From Selaginella moellendorffii (Eukaryota; Plantae; Lycopodiophyta): DNA of 64,000 nucleotides. A model generated the notes under the pieces. That model was given only the letters and a program-made list of their open reading frames with translations, had not been told where the DNA came from and made no database searches. Positions 62,966 to 64,000 of this stretch are shown here, in pieces. Every line of letters begins with the position of its first letter. Position 1 is the first letter of the stretch. The DNA lies in contig NW_003314278.1 of the NCBI RefSeq assembly GCF_000143415.4, positions 1,432,831 through 1,496,830 on the forward strand, read 5' to 3'. Made by a program: the position numbers and the translations under genes.

Positions 62966-63413
62966 TGTAACGCACCTTATCTCTCTCCCCTTAAGCCAAT
63001 TGGAAAAAGGGCAATTGCTTAATAAGAGAGCCCTTAGTGGTTATTTTATCCCCATTTATCCCCCAAGGTTCCAAAGATCCACAGTGACAATATATCCAAA
63101 TCTCATCCCATGATCACATACGCATAAATGCCCAATATGTACGATTTCAAATTTTAGGGGTAGAAATTCATCTTGCTCAAGGGTATATTATACTTTTAGG
63201 TAGCCACTAATCAATAGGAATCGAACCCGTGCCATTTGCTCCGATACCAATTGTAGCGCACTTTATCTCTCTCCCTTTAAACCAATTGGAAAAAAGGCAA
63301 TTGCTTGATGAAAGAGCCCTTAGTGGCTATTTTATCCCCATTTATCCCCCAAGGTTCCAAGGATCCACGGTGACAATATATCTAAATCTCATCCCATGAT
63401 CATATGCGCTACA
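62966..63413 (-). mobile_element. TRIM of a different family (~160-bp LTRs 62966-~63126 and 63252-63413)
   Basis: Direct repeats beginning TGTA, PBS TGGTATCGGAGC (complement of 63238-63249), ~125-bp internal domain; TSD ambiguous. Confidence 0.82.
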
Positions 63414-64000
63414 TCAATATATGAATATGCACAGCAATGAGTACTTGTGTTGGAGGCCAAGGAGAAGCAAGACTTTGATACTCTTTTCCAAATGTTTAGG
63501 AGCACATTCTTTCAGGAGGTTCCTCTACAAAAGTTTGTCCAAGACTTAAGCAACACCTTTTCTCCACCACTAGCATAGATCTTTTCAGAAGCTTCTCTAG
63601 GCTTGCCATATTACACTAGACTTCCCTAGCCATAGGATATTAGTTGTGGCATCACCCATAGTGATCATGGCATTTTTCTTGGTCATTGACTTCACTTGAC
63701 CATTGGATTCTTATGAGTGCTTTCAACTAAATTCACTACTTTGGAAACTCTTCCTTCCATGCTCTAAGGGCTCTATAAATCACCACACACCCAAGTTTCA
63801 AATTTTGTCATTGCAATATTGCTACTCACTTTAGGCTTACATGATATTACCATATTAGAGGGCAATAAGGCCAACTTTTGCAACATCTCCAACTTCCTTC
63901 AAAACTCTTTATGACTTCCTAGCATAGGCTTAATCATTGGAAGAAAGTTTTATGAACTTTTTTTTTTTTGTCTTTCTCTTTTCTTTCTTTTCACTTTCTT

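Overview
Gene-dense land-plant nuclear DNA. Introns of ~50-70 bp, many intronless PLS-class PPR genes and GC-rich genes suggest a lycophyte such as Selaginella (inference only). Region 1-34 kb holds PPR genes and pseudogenes, MPH2/TL16.5, an intron-containing tRNA-Tyr, a C2H2/RING-like gene, TL17, a laccase, EGY2, an arogenate/prephenate dehydratase with a 1-nt frameshift, mitoribosomal mS34 and a phototropin. Several local duplicates there are eroded by short deletions, some at microhomologies. Region 34-64 kb is a retrotransposon nest: an apparently split Ty3/gypsy element, a tandem TRIM-like pair, an 8-kb non-coding element with satellite-bearing LTRs, and 5S-rRNA-carrying Cassandra TRIMs. 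The nest encloses two HSPA12-like pseudogenes and an intact 662-aa bacterial/fungal-type GT2 glucan synthase that lacks all plant CESA-specific domains. This synthase is the most interesting object, a candidate non-CslF/H mixed-linkage glucan or arabinoglucan synthase. All calls were made by eye; no database searches were run.
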